Below are positions 24,130 to 38,600 of a DNA stretch of 64,000 bases, one piece after another. The stretch is from Eledone cirrhosa (taxonomy: Eukaryota), in assembly GCA_964016885.1 (NCBI GenBank), contig OZ024742.1, forward strand, positions 273,978,001 to 274,042,000, in the 5' to 3' direction. How positions within the stretch are numbered: the stretch's first letter is position 1; each line of letters begins with the position of its first letter. The notes under the pieces were generated by a model that saw only the letters and a program-made list of their open reading frames with translations, was not told the DNA's origin and made no database searches. The translations under genes were made by a program, and so were the position numbers.

Positions 24130-26945
24130 TTGAGTCTCAGTCATTGATGTTAGTTAACTGGAAAGTTTGTGGAAATGAATATCAAGCCACTACCTGCAGC
24201 CTCAGATATTCAGAACGTATCGGAGGGTTCTTGCTGTTCCCAGCAAGCATGCCTTTTGAAGCGTTCCAAAAAGCGTTAAGGGGCCAATTTTCTTTAACCA
24301 TCCCTGGAAACATTTTGAGATAGTACCTAGTGCGCCTATGACTTCATGGCAGTTCCAAATCCTTTTTACCTCCCACTTTAAGTCCTGGTATCGGTTAATT
24401 TTCTCCCTCTCCTTCTCTTGCACTCTCGTGTCGATTGGGCAGGCCACATCCACAATCAGGCACAATCTTTTTTCTTTGTCCACAAACACCATTGTGTTCC
24501 AGTTTCTTGTCCGTCTGTATCCTAAAATCCCACAGCACTTTCACATGATCGTTTTCTATCACCGACTCTGTCTTATGCTCATACCACTTCTCAGAATGTG
24601 GTAAATTGTTTACTTTGCATAGGTGCTAGTGGGTCACCCTGCCCATCACATCATGTCTCAAGCGCTTATAGTGAGTCTGGGCTAGGTGTTTACACTCGGA
24701 TACAATGTGAGCCACAGTCTCCTCTCTCTCTCCACAGATCCTGCACGGTGTCAACAAGCACATCCAACTCCTTCTCACACTTCCAGAAGAGCTTAAGATC
24801 GTCCATGAAGGTGGGGTGATTGATGGGAATCTCTCCCTTTCCCAACTTGTATCCTGCTCTCACTTTTCGCAGTATAATGGTCAGGGGCATCAGGGCAAGG
24901 ACAAACAACAGAGGGGACAGACTATCTCCCTGGAAGATACCTCTCTTGAAATCTTCACGCGTCCCAAGGATTCTCCAGCTGATATTAACTCTGTTTCCCA
25001 GGACTTCATACTTTTGCCCAACAACTGTCTGATGTTATCTGCCACCCTGAAGATCTCTAGGCTTTTGGTGATCCAAGAATGAGGCACCATGTCAAATGCC
25101 TTTTTGTAGTCTATCCTTCCCATGGCAAGACCAGTGTGTCTCCTCTTGCAATTCCTAAATACCATCTTATCAATAAGTAACTGGTCCTTAGTACCACGGG
25201 ACTTCTTTCGGCACCCTTCTGTTCGTCCGGTAACAAGTTATTTGTGTGGAAGTGGTGGTAGATTTTCTCAGACATAATGCTTGTCAACAGTTTCCACATT
25301 ACGGACAGACATGTGATAGGTCTATAGTTGGTAACATCATTACCCTTGATTCGGTCTTTCATTATCGGAACTGTGGTACCTTTTGTCAACCACTCTGGTA
25401 CCTCCCCTGACATCAAGCAGTCATTGAACATGGTTGTCAGTTTCGGGTTGAGGGATGTTATATTTTTAATCAAATACCCCTGCACACCATCTGGGCCTGG
25501 TGATTTCCAGTTGGTTAGTTGTTTGGCCTGCCCCTTAAGAGTTTCAACTGTGATACTCAAATCAGTTTGTTGGTGTGCCTGTTCATTAATCTCCTTTTGT
25601 ACCGTCTTAATCCACACTACCTGGTAATTATGTTTAACATCCTGGTCCCATATTTCTCTCCAGAATGTTTTAGTATGTTCCGCCTCAGGGATCAAGTCGT
25701 TGCCTCTTTCTTTCCCTTCAAGCTGTCCAAACAGCATCTTCTGGTTGTTGTCAAACATGAGGTTCTGTCTATACTGACTGACTCTGCTCTCGTATCAAAT
25801 AATCTTTGCACTCTTTTCTACAATGCGTTGCTTCAGTTTCTCTATGATAATATTTAGCTTTTTCCTCCTAGTTTTGTACTTTATTTCTAGTCTATATTTA
25901 GTGTCTATGTTTCTTAGTGTCCCATTCAGTAGGGACTCAAGCTATCCAATGTCATTTCTCATTTCCCTGATTTGACAACTCAGTCGTTTCTTCCACCAAG
26001 GCTCTGATCTTTCTTGTTTGTTGTTTCCTCTCGCTTTTATACCAAGTAATTTCCTCACCGTATTTTCTGTTGCTTTGAGGATATTGTTGCACTGGTGAAG
26101 GCTCCTCGCCTCAAGGTATGGGATGACTTTGTTTACCTTAGCTGTTGTTTCTTTTAACTTTTTCCTGTCTACAAATCTTAGGTTCATAGGCTTCCCACTA
26201 TCATTGTTCAATTCATCTACCACTAAGTTTAGGATATCAACCAAATCTTGTCCTAGCCCGTCAGCATTCATCTCCTCAATGGCCGTATCTCTGTTCCAGG
26301 TATTATTTATTTCAGCATTCAGATCATTGTCTGCTTCGGATGGTTCCTCCGTTCTCTCACCCACTTCACCTTCATTTCCCACTGGATCGTTTGGCTGGCA
26401 TACTCCACTCTCCATATCCAAGCTAATCTCTCTGCTCAGTTCCTCCAATTCCAGCTCGCTTATCCACCCATTAGTTCTTATTACCCGAGCCTGCCCGGCC
26501 AATTTTTGTTCATCTAATTTAAATAGACCAATCTCGTTCCAGATATGATGCATCCGTTTCCTATAGCCTTTCTCCTTGGGGTTACTCTTTAGGTAACATT
26601 GCATAACAGTTCTATTCAATTCTTTCGTCCAGCTGGTTCTGGTCCCTTTCCTTCTTCTTCTTCCTCCGACACCAGCAGTATTTGGTTGACAGCCAGGTCC
26701 CTGCTGTGGAGCAAGGGAGCACCTGCTGAGTGAGAGTATGTCACATGACATTCTAGTCTCCACTTCACCGTTATTCGAACTGTTTAGGTTCGACATTTAA
26801 ACACTCTTATCGAGGATTGGTGAATGTATGGTTACATAACCACCGGTGATTTCATCACCTCCGGTGATTTCGTCACTCCCGGTGATTTTTGTGTGGCACT
26901 ATTACGGTGTAGACGAACATAAATAAACAAACAAACAAACAGGCA
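24130..26945 (-). mobile_element. R4/Dong LINE, paralog of 14935-18554 with a ~792-bp internal deletion
   Basis: Near-identical ORF segments; FMDDLKLF...LVDTV joined directly to the CCHC region at ~24745; 3' end in (AAT)n. Confidence 0.92.
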
Positions 26946-27320
26946 AAAAAAAAAGAAAAAAAGAATAAGCATAAGTTTTGTTGTAATGTAATGTTTGAAT
27001 GTCTGACTTAGTTTTTCCATTCCCTTCTCTGTCCGTCTGTTTGTTTTCCCTTTCATTTATCTTTCCTTTACGTGTTTCATTGTTGCTGTGCTGCTTTGAT
27101 TTTGATTTTTGTTTTTTTGATTTTGACCGGGTCATCAAATCAGTCTATTTATATATTTTGATGCCTTCCTCTTTTAGTGGGGACACTACGATGTAGCAGG
27201 AGGTAGTGGGAGAGAATAGCGGCGGTAGCGATAATGAGGCAGTGGTGGTGGTGATGTGATCGTAGTACTGTAGTGATGATGTTGAAGTTGAAGTAGAAAT
27301 AGAAGTTGAGGTAACTTGAC

Positions 27321-27351
<31 letters not shown>

Positions 27352-30300
27352 GGTTGGTAAAGCCACGCTACTTATCGCCTCCAGTCTTTTTCAACGTTTT
27401 AACTCTTTTTCCACCGTTCTAAACCTTTTATTCAAGTTTTAAATTTGATAAAAGTTTAGAAGAAGTGACCCACCTAATACAGGGGTTCACTAGTAAACAA
27501 TACGGCACCCCTTTACGGGGTGTCGTATTCGTATTTTTGTAAAAATATTTTTTTTTAATTTCAACATGGATAACACAAAAAAGAGAGAGAGTGCTGTCAG
27601 ACAACACAGAAAGAAGGAGACTTTATCAGCGTTCCAGCGGAGGTAAATATAAACGAAAATATTACAAAGGAAAAAAAGATTGTTACAGATTTAAAATCAA
27701 CAAATATTCTCTAACACAAACAACACCAACAATAACACCAACAACATCACCAACAACAACACCAAAAATAACAGCGGTAAAGTCGACAACGACAATAACA
27801 AAAATAACAGCGGTAAGGTTGAGAACGACAATAACAAAAATAACAGCGGTAAGGTCGAGAACGACAATAACAAAAATAAGAGCGGCAAGGTCGAGAACGA
27901 CAATAACAATGACAATAACAACAGCCACAACAACAATAATAGTAGGAACAGTATCAACAAAAACAACAATAATAACAACAGCCACAATAACAGTGACAGC
28001 AGCAACAGTATCAACGAAAACAACACCAACAACTGTACCAGCGAAAAGAACAACAATGACACCGATACCTTTAATAGCGACCCCAGCACCACCAGTAAGA
28101 CCAGTAACGGCAGCAATAGTGGTGCTGCTGAAAAAGGGACCACTTCTTTTGCAGGTGTCGACCGAAATATCGAGACAGTGTTAGTCACAGAGGAGGAGAT
28201 GGCAGTCGCAAGGGCCATGGTGACAAGAAGCGCAAATAAGTTTCCCCGAAACCTCCACCCGATTTTTCAAGGACCAGCAGCTACGAACGGTGACTTACCG
28301 CACCGTAAGAAAAATCTCACATCGAGTGGAGAGAGCCACGGAGGCTCAAATCCAAAAGGCCTTGGAGTGCGTTTGGGCACGCAAAACCCACATCACCCGA
28401 GGCAGAAAGTACGCCACTGTAGACGTACATTTCGACAGCCCCCAGGAAGCAAAGTCTCACTCTTTGGAAACCCTAAAGAGTGAGGAGTTAGTCTTGGTGC
28501 CCTCCTACTGCGGGCAGAAAATTGTGAGGGTCAAAGTGACCCAGGTCCCACCCGACGTGCCCATACTTTGGCTGGCCGCGTCTGTCCTTGTTGGAATTGA
28601 GAATAGGGCGACCATGCTGCAAGTAGAAAAAATAGGGAGAGAGAACTTGTCAGGTATAGGCATGCAAATGCTTATACAAACTGACGAGGAATGTATCGAG
28701 GCTATCCCCAATATCATAGACTTTGAGGAAGGACTCCAACTTCCTATAAGTGTAGAAGGAAGACGGCCAAAATGTTATCTCTGTGGGTCGAAAGGTCACC
28801 TCAGGGCCTTTTGCCCGCAGAAGACACCGAAGAGGGCCCCTCTCCTTCCAATACCTGGTCCGCTGCTACCAAGAGCAGGATAGGTAACAAACGAAGAAGC
28901 CCCTTCCACGGTGAGTAGGAGGGCAACGTCCGTAGCAAGGCCACGGATAATTAAAACAGCATCATCAGCCGTGGAGCACGTACCATACCCCTCCCAGACG
29001 CCACAGAATCCGACATTGAGCAAACAGTCTGCCACAAAAAACAAAAAAACAAAAAAACCCTTAGATTCACCCTCCAAAAGCGAAGGCATACAAAGAGGCG
29101 TAAAGGCAGCAAGGAAACTTGCAGCAACACCACCACAAACACCAACAACGCAAACACAACAAGACACACACACCAAACAGCAACAAGAAGAAAACGGCAA
29201 CAAAATAACCCCTCCCCCAAAAAAGTACACAACCATAAACATAGCAAAAAAAGAACTCATAAAATATATAAAGCAGCACAAAGACATCACGGAAAAAAAT
29301 TACTACACCCCACCAACACCAAGAACTCACCCGACAAACATAAGCATCATCGAAATCTCATTAGAACAATACAAACCTTTAAAACAAAAATTTCCCAACG
29401 CAGTTGGAGACTTCAGAGGGACGGTTACCAAGAGGATATACACTGACATCCTCTTGGAAACACCCATGACCAGCGAAAGGAACGGTTCTACTGTCCCTTC
29501 ACCACACGAACAAGGTAAGTGACCCTTTCTCATTTGCCCCGTTTCTCATCCAACATGGCTGTACTCAGAATAGTAAGTATAAATGCCTGTGGCCTGGGGT
29601 CATCTTGGAAGCAGGGTCACCTGCTCAATGACCTCAGGTCACTAAACATAGATATGGTGGCCATCAGTGAAACCAGAATCTCCGAGGCACGGGCCTTCGC
29701 ACCGATATTCGGCGGCTACGATGTATACGCATCTCCCAGCCGTCCAGAATAAGGGGGAAGGAGTTGCCGTCCTTTTTCGGAGAGGCTTGGATCTGGCGAT
29801 ACGGGCCACCTTCCTGGACCCAGAAGGTAAGTCGGTGGTGCTGGACGTGACCGGCAGCGAAGGCGATGCTTTCAGGCTAGTAGCCGTCTACGCCCCAACA
29901 GGGGCAGGACGGCCAGATTTCTTCAGAGGTCTAGAAACCTTTCTTGGAACGTCCCGCTCTTTAGTGTTAGTGGGCAACTGGAACGGTATCTTGGATGCAC
30001 GCTGGGATCGTGTGGGGCTAGTGGATAGGGGAGGAGGGTGCAATAGCCTCACCAACCTGCTCAGACGTTTTGAACTGTCTGACAGGTATCGACTGGATCA
30101 GACGAATGTGCCAATGTGGACATGGACAAACCGTATCGGGTCATCCAGATCGTATCTAGATAGGGTATTCTGCAGGGAACTAGATAAGGCTAGTATAAGT
30201 TGTCCACAATTTAAAATAGTCGACTACACAGACCACAAATTTGTGATCTGTGAGATCGACATAGACAGACTTCATAGACAAGGGCCTGGTTACTGGAAGC

Positions 30301-32854
30301 TGAACGCGTCTTTCCCGGCGCGTAAGGCCTACAGAGACCGGATTAGCGTATTAGTTAAGCGGGCTTTGACGGGAGCGGTCTTCAACAACAGGTGGTGGTT
30401 CGCCCTGAAAAGGGCAATTGAAGTAGAGTCGATTAGGTTTAGCAAAGGAGTAGTGATAGAGGAAAATAGAGTAGAGGGAGAGCTAGTCAGAAAGCTAGAA
30501 GAGGCGTTTAGGACAGGCATCGCAACCGACGTGCTTGCGGCGAGACTGGCACTCGACCAATTCTTCAACGCAAAACACGAAGGCTGCGTGGTCAGAGCTA
30601 GAGCGCGTGCTCTGAAACACGAGGGGATGAAAGCCGTCCAATGGGCCCGGGTGGCAGAGACGCGACGTGGCAATAAAGCCACAATTCGGTCTTTGTCTGA
30701 CCAAAACGGGCGCATGGTGCTCGAACATGAGCAGATATGTGAAGCTTTTCAGCAGCACTTTCCTGAACTGTTCGGGAGCGGCGGCGGCCCGGATCGGGAC
30801 ATGGACTTCAGTACATGCTTCGACGGACTGCCTCGGCTCTCGACGACCGCAGCACAGTGTTGCGAAAAGCCAGTAGCAGCCGGTGAAATACGGGAAAGCG
30901 ATGGCTAACTGCACAAGGGGTAAATCGCAAGGTTTAGATGGTCTGCCCTGCGAGCTTTATGCATTTATGCCAGACTTGTTCGGTGACCTCTTGGCAGACG
31001 TCTACTGCAATGGCAGCAGAATGGGAGCATTCCCAGTTTTGTCAGCCGGGGAGCAGTGGCGCTCCTGAGAAAAGACCCGAACAAGGGGATGTTATTGATA
31101 ATTTCAGGCCCATAACTCTGCTAAACGCAGAGTTCAAGATTTTTGCCAAGGTGATAGCAACGAGGTTGGCGCTTGTCTTCAAGGGTCTGGTGGGAGAGGC
31201 GGAGACATCCGCCATCCCGGACAGATCCATACACGACAACCTCCACTTCATGCGATACATCATAGAGAGGGTGGTTAAGGAACCTGGAAAGGGTGGGGCC
31301 CTGAACAACTTGGATCAATCCAAAGCATTCGATAGGGTCGACCATCGGTACCTGGCGGCGATCCTCGAGGCAGCCAGTTTCGGGCCCGTTTTCAGGCGTT
31401 GGATCGCAACAATGTACAGCGACATCTGCTCAGTTGTGAGGGTGAACGGTCACCTGTCGCAGCCGTTCAGCATCATGCGCTCAATCCGCCAGGTTTATCC
31501 CCTCTCGTCCCTCTTGTACGTATTGGCTCTCGAGCCGTTACTGCACAAACTGGGGGCGATGAGGTGCGAACCACGCGAACTAGGATGCGGGAAATCCAAG
31601 TCGGCTTACGCTGACGACGTAACTGTGGTGCTGTCGAGCACCAGACACGTCCAGATGCTCGGCACCGCTCTCAAGGAATACGAACGGTGACAGGAGCAAA
31701 GTTAAACCAGGAAAAGTCGGTGGGCTTGCAGCTAGGCACCTGGAGAGGCAAGTCCATCCGTCCGACAGCGTCGTGGGGCGTTGGACGGACGGGCCGGTTA
31801 AATTGCTCGGGGTCTGGTTCGGACCGGACCTCCAGATGGAGAAAAACTGGAACGAGGTGACGAGCAGGGTGGCCTCCCTCACCCATAAATGGGCTGAGAG
31901 GAAGCTGTCCCTGAAAGGCCGGGCGGAAGTGGCGGATGCATACATCGCATCCGTCATCTGCTACCGCCTCACCGACGTCCTTGCTCCTGCCCAACTCTCA
32001 CCAAAATGGAGCGCCTCCTCTTCCGCTTTTTGTGGCAGGGACGCGCTCCCATGGTCAGACGATCCATCTGCTGTCAACACCATCTGCTGTCAACACCGGC
32101 TGCGTGCCGGTTCGAGATAAACTCTACAGGCACGGAAGTGCCGTCAGCCGAGCCTGTCAGAGATGCGCGCATAGCGACGAAACCGTTGTTTACGCACTCG
32201 TTCAGTGCCCGAGGATTGCTGCCATGTGGAGCTTTGTCGAACAGTTGCTGTCACGTGTGGGACTGATCCGGTTGTCGACTGAGTCCATTGTGCAGATGGT
32301 CTCGCCGTCTTCCTTTGGGGAGGAAGCGCAGGCGGTTTTCATCTGCCTGGTGGCCATGGCGAAAGAGATTGTGTGGTGGACAAGGTTAAAAGGATTAAAG
32401 GCAAACACTTTCCTCTTCGGCGAATCCCTGATTAACTTTTTCAAGTGTCACTTGAAGAGGAAAATCAGGGTGGAGAGGCAAGTGCTGCTTTCTAGCAAGT
32501 TTGTTGAAAGGTGGGTGAATGTAGCGAGAATGGACCGAGTGAATGGACTCTGAATATACGTCTGTAGTTTGAGAGATGGAAAAATTGAGAGAGGGCGCTT
32601 GCCCTGGTAGTCAGGGTGGCCGTGGTCTTTTCTGTGGTTTTCGCCACGAGTAACCCTCGGAGGTTTCCCCCCTATTGGGGAATTTTTCATTGTTTCAATT
32701 TTCATTTTATTGTTTATATATATATATGTTTTATGTCTTTTTTCTTTTCTTATATAAATAATAAAAATATTTACACGCACAAAACCCACATCGTACCGTC
32801 CTGTTCCGTCTGTGATGTTTTTCTTGATGTCAGCCCTTGTGGCCAATAAAGAAA

Positions 32855-32857
<3 letters not shown>
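27352..32857 (+). mobile_element. Near full-length Tx1/L1-clade LINE (ORF1 with zinc knuckle; ORF2 APE-RT), inactivated
   Basis: ORF1 CYLCGSKGHLRAFC, ending 29522; ORF2 from 29555 with SINACG, SETR, GNWN, YLDR, TDH, YWKLN, FRPITLLN, LDQSKAFDRV, AYADD; AATAAA plus (ATT)n tail; (ATT)n on both flanks. Confidence 0.92.
27765..27910 (+). repeat. 36-bp minisatellite in Tx1 ORF1
   Basis: aaaataacagcggtaaggtcgagaacgacaataaca, about 4 copies. Confidence 0.85.
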
Positions 32858-32897
<40 letters not shown>

Positions 32898-33273
32898 CTA
32901 GAGGTGTTCTACTATTATTCGTATTTAGGTTATTATTATTGTTATACCCATTAAGTACTGTATTATTATTATTATTATTGTTATTATCGCTATTTATATG
33001 TTGGTTCAAATTAAGATTTCGACTGTTGATTTTCGCTATATTTTCAGCAATATTCATAGTTGTTGAATAAGAGAGTTTAACTGTGTGTCTATTGAAGATA
33101 GAATAATATGTATGTGAACTAGGGAAGCATTCATCCAAGGCTTTAAAAAATAAGTGTGCTAAAGGTGTTTTAATAGCTAAAGATGCTGGCATGGCATACC
33201 AAATTATAGATCTAGTTCTTATTTTTTCCCCGATAAATTCCTCAAGTTGTGGTTTTTATAGTCAATATTATTA

Positions 33274-33332
33274 TGTACTGGGTAATTGCTGGCCTTGTGC
33301 CAAAAGTAGAAACAATTATTATTATTATTATT
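33274..33332 (+). mobile_element. SINE 3' tail fragment inside the PLE
   Basis: tgtactgggtaattgctggccttgtgccaaaagtagaaacaattattatt. Confidence 0.75.
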
Positions 33333-33902
33333 ATGAATACTGTGATTATACTTAATACTATTTTCATTATTTTTTTCTATATACTCAATATTATTTTTAT
33401 AACCAGCTTTACGTAAAGCATCATTATAATATACTGCTTTACTATTAAATATGGATATATTAGCAGATAGTCTGAATATTCGTTGTTGTACACTGTTTAC
33501 TATTGCATTCTTAACACTTTTAGGATGATTAGATTAAAAACTAACATAATTTAAGTTCTCATTGAGTTTATAGAAAGGGTAATAAAGGCCTGAGTTCAAA
33601 TTAAGAGTTACGTCTAATTAATTAACTATTTTATTGTTATTTTCTACTTCTAATTTCAGGTGATAATTGAAAAAAACTTCTATAATTACTTTCCTTACTC
33701 TACTTAATTCGTTATTATTATGTTTTTCTACCATAAATAATATGTCGTCTCTATATAAACCACCGGTATTCTCCGGCTGTTTTCTATTTATCATGTTAAG
33801 GATGAAAATTCCCACAAGATCGGTTACTTGCGCCGAATCTGACGAGCCCATATTAATGTCAAAGTTCTTCTACCTATCGCATCTAGTCCAAAGATCATTG
33901 AT

Positions 33903-34085
33903 TGGAAGTATCGGTAGAGGGTCGGATGCCATGCTTTGACGCATAGAGTTACAGACTTTGCCATTCTGAGTTCAAATCCCACCGAGGTTAACTTTGCCTC
34001 TCATCTTTACGGGGTCGATAAAATAAAGTACCAGTAATACACTGGATAATTACTGGCCTTGTGCCAAAAGTAGAAACAATTATTA
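33903..34085 (+). mobile_element. tRNA-derived SINE inserted in the PLE RT
   Basis: B box GAGTTCAAATCCC; body ctttgcctctcatctttacggggtcgataaaataaagtaccag; tail ggccttgtgccaaaagtagaaacaattatt. Confidence 0.85.
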
Positions 34086-35169
34086 AATTCTATCAATGTT
34101 GCAGTTAAAATAATATTTATCTCATCACTAGATAGATCTGTGTGCTTATATGGATATGATAGCACTTTATTTAGTAGTTTAGGAGATATTGAGGAATAAT
34201 AACTCGCTATGTCCATTTGAATGAACATATGATTTTTTTATTTTCGATATTATTGAACCGATCTATGACTTCATTAGTGCCCTTCCATAGGTTTAGCCTT
34301 GACCTAAATTTAAGCGTTGGTAAAATCCTAACTATAATGTTGTTACTAATTATTCCGAGATCTGATTTCGAAGGTGCAATAAATCTAACAGGTAAGTCTT
34401 CTTCAAAATTACTTTTATGGTCTTTAAAATTTATCCGTGATCGTTTTGGTATGAAGGGTTCGGTTTTCCGTTCTATTCCGAGATTAGTGATAATTTCAAA
34501 TGCATCATTATTAATATCCAATAAATCTTCACTTGGGGCCTTTTTGTAATTTTTTCTCAATTCTTTTAAAATTAAGTCGTTATATTTTGTTCTTTCCATC
34601 CCATATACGTTGTTTGTTTTGTCTGATTTCACTAATATTTTGTTTACTTTCTGTATGTCATTAATATTTTCCTTTAGACCTCTAAGGTATTCTTGGTATC
34701 TATATGGGATATTTTTTTCATTTTATATATTTATAATTTCGTTTTCGAAATTAGCCAAGAGTTTGTTGTAAGGAGGATTTTCCTAGATTTAAATGCTCGA
34801 AGTTGTGGTTGGTGTTTTTCTTATTCGTTTTCTCTTTATTTTCAAAGTGGAAAGCACACCACCGCACTCTTCTTACGAAGAAGTTGGTTTGTGCAATACG
34901 TATTTTAATATATTCTTTGTTAGATGGTAAAGGTATATCTTTGAGAGATGAAGAAATCCTGAAGAACTCCATCACTTATTAGTAATCTATTGCAGAAAAA
35001 GCGCTCAACCTTCAGTGAGCTAAATATGACCAAAGATTAATATCGTTAATTGATTACTCAATGAATACAGATTTACAATGGATTAAAAGCACTCAACAAA
35101 ACATGTTCCTGGAGTTGTAATATTCAAAATATTAACAAATGAAGATATTCACATAATCAAAATATATGC

Positions 35170-35232
35170 TTTATTATATATATTTCGATGGTACTGTGTT
35201 GTTGTTTTTCCAGTACGTTCTCGTCAGATAAA
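35170..35232 (-). ncRNA. Hammerhead in the PLE 5' pLTR
   Basis: Minus: tttat-CTGACGA-gaacgtactgg...cagtaccatc-GAAA-tatata-TA-ataaa. Confidence 0.75.
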
Positions 35233-35297
35233 ATATATGATTTGATATATGACATACATCTACGGTCTTGATATTTCAATTCCATATTAATATTTGG

Positions 35298-35369
<72 letters not shown>

Positions 35370-35685
35370 CATATATACATATATATATATATTACATATA
35401 TACATATATACATACATATATTATATATATTCGCTTTCTCACTTTTTTCTTCATAATAGATTAGCTTTATGGGAATGATACCATAGTGTTTCACGACTCC
35501 CGCTGTTTATGAGAAATAGTCTGACAACAAAAGGTGGCTGTGGCTTGGAGCACAAAATGCTACGATTACTTTAATTCCAATTGATGGAGAATGTTATGTT
35601 TGAAGTTTTAAGAAGTAGCTGTAGAAGCAGAAGCAGTAACAACAACAACAACAACAATAATAATAATAATAATGATAATAATAAT

Positions 35686-38600
35686 TTTCTTCATTGGCCA
35701 CAAGGGCTAACACGAAGAAAAACATTAGGGGCGGCACAGAACAGTACAGGACGATACGATGTGGGTTTTGGTCGTCTAAACTGGTTATAACATAATTGGG
35801 CTAGAAATAAAAAAAATGCAAACAACAAAAATTTCACAAAACGGGGGAAACCTCCAAGGGTCACTCGTGGCAAAAGCCACACAAAAAGGCAACGGCCACC
35901 CTGACCACCAAAGCAAACGCCCTCTCTAAGTTTTCCGAAAGGCGCATACTCAGTGCGGGCCCGTTCACTCGGACCAGCCTCGCCACTTTCACCCACCTTT
36001 CAATAAACTTAATAGAAGACAGCACTTGCCTCTCCACCCTGATTTTCCTCTTCAAGTGAAACTTGAAAAGGTTAATCAGGTATTGGCCGAAGAGGAAAGT
36101 GTCCGTTTTCAAACCTTTCAATCTTGTCCACGACACAATCTCTTTCGCCACGGCCACCAGGCAGATGAAAACTGCCTGCCATTCCACCTCCTTAAAGGAG
36201 GATGTCGGGGCTATCTACACAATGGACTCAGTTGATAACCGGTTCCGTCCTACACGCGACGGCAGCTGTTCGACATAGCTCCACAAGTCAGAAAACCTCG
36301 GGCACTAAACGAGTGCGTGCAGGACGGTTTCATAGCCCTGCGCGCATCTCGGACAGGCTCGGTTGACAGCATCTCCATGCGTGTAGAGCTTATCCCGAAC
36401 CGGCAACGCTCTTCGGTAGCACTGCCAGGGCAGGGATGTCTGGAAGTTGTCCATAGGCCCTGATCTGAAAGTTCTCTTGAAGAGAGCAAACAGCTGTTCG
36501 TCTTCGACGCCCAGTGTCTCACCGAGACCGTCTTCGCTCATTCCCTCCACTAGTCCTCTATAGAACGCCGAGGTGGATGTTCCATCGATACTAGTCCCCA
36601 GCTGGTAGAGGGCGGTGAGCGCTTGGAGACATTCCTCCGTCTTTTTCTGATCCAGGACTGCAGCTCCGTCAAGGAGACGAGCTGGGGAAAAGCGCGTCTG
36701 GCAAACGGCGACCACACCTGTTCACCCTCAAGGAAGTACCAGAGATGTCGCAGCCTCAGCGCATGTTTGCGCATCATCAGCCTTGGCATGCCTAGTCCTC
36801 CACACAACGGGTGTTGACAGGATACGGATCGTCTGACCATGGGAGCATGTCCCTTCCACAAAAAGCGGAAGAGAAGGCGCTCCATTTTGGTCAGAGTTGG
36901 GCGGGGGCAATCTACGACAGTCAGGCTGTAGCAGATGACGGATGCTATGTACGCATTCGCTACCTCCGCCCGACCTGTCAGAGACAGCCTCCTCTCAGCC
37001 CATATCTGAGTGAGAAATGCCACCCTGATTGTCACCTCGCTCCAGTTTTTCTCCATCTGGAGGTCCGGACCGTACCAGAGCAATTTAACCGGTCCTTCGG
37101 TCAAGCGCCGCACGACGCTGTCGGACGGCATGGACTTCCTTCTCTAGGTGCCGAGTTGAAAGCCTACCGACTTTTCCTTGTTTATCTTTACTCCTGTCAA
37201 CGCTTCATATCCCTTGGGAGCGGTGCCCAGAATCTGGACGTGTTTGGTGCACGACACCAGCCCCGTGACGTCGTCGGCGTAAGCAGACACGGACCTCCCG
37301 CATCCCAGTTCGCGTGCCCCCCCCCCCCTCAAAGTCTCCAATTTGTGCAGTAACGGATCTAGGGCCAGTACGTACAAGCAGGACGAGAGGAGGCAACCCT
37401 TGCGGACCGAGCGCATGATGCTGAAATGCTGCGACAGGTGACCATTGACCCCCACAACCGAGCAGATGTCGCTGTACATCGCAGCGATCCAGTCTCTAAA
37501 AACGGGCCCGAAGACCGCAGCCAGGTACCGATGGTCGACCCTATCAAATGCTTTAGATTGATCCAAGTTTATCAGGGCCCCACCCGTGCCTGGTTCCTTA
37601 ACCACCCTCTCTATAATGTATCGCATGAGGTGGACGTTGTTGGGGATGGATCTGTCTGAAATGGCGCTTGTCTGCAACTCTTCTACCAGATTACCGAAGA
37701 AAAGGGCCAATCTTGCTGCTAACACCTTGGCCAAAATCTTGAATTCTATGTTGAACAGATTTATGGGCCTGAAGATGTCTATAACGTCCCCTTTGTTCAG
37801 GTCTTTTCTCAGCAGCGCCACCACTCCGCGGCTCATAAAACTAGGAATGCCCCCGTTCTGCTGCCAGTTGCAGTAGACATCTGCCAAGAGGTCGCCAAAC
37901 AAGTCTAGGATATACACATAAATCTCGTAGGGCAAGCGATTTACCCCTCGTGCAGTAAGACGTCACTGCCCGTATTTCACCTTCTGTTATCGGCTTTTCG
38001 CAACACTGTGCTGCGGTCGTAGAGAGCCATGGTAGTCCCTTGAGGTGTGCACCAAAGTCCATACTCCGATCCGGCCCGCCGCCGCTCTCGAACCATTGAG
38101 CAAAGTGCTGTTGAAAAACCACAAATATCTGCTCAAGTTCTAGCAATATGCGCCCGTTTTGATCAGGCAAAGACCGAATTGTGGACATATTGCCACGTCG
38201 CGCCTCCACCGTCTGGGCACATTGGACAGCTTTCGTCTCCTCGTGTATTAGAGTACGCGCTATAGATCTGACAACGCAGCCTTCATACATTGTGTTGAAG
38301 AATTAGTCGAGTGCCAATCTCGCCGCAAGCACGTCGGTTGCGATGCCTTTCCTAAACGCCTCTTCTAGATTTGTATCTAACTCTCCCTCTACTCTATTTC
38401 CTCTATCACTACTCCTTTGCTAAACCTTATCGATTCTACTCTAATAACCCTTTTCAGCGTAAACCACTACCTGTTGTTGACGATCGCACCCGTCAACGCG
38501 CGCTTAACTAATTCGCTAATCCGGTCTCAGTAGGCTTTGCGCGCCGGGAACGACGCGTTCGGCTTCCAGTAGCCGGGCCCATGACTATGGAGTCTATCTA

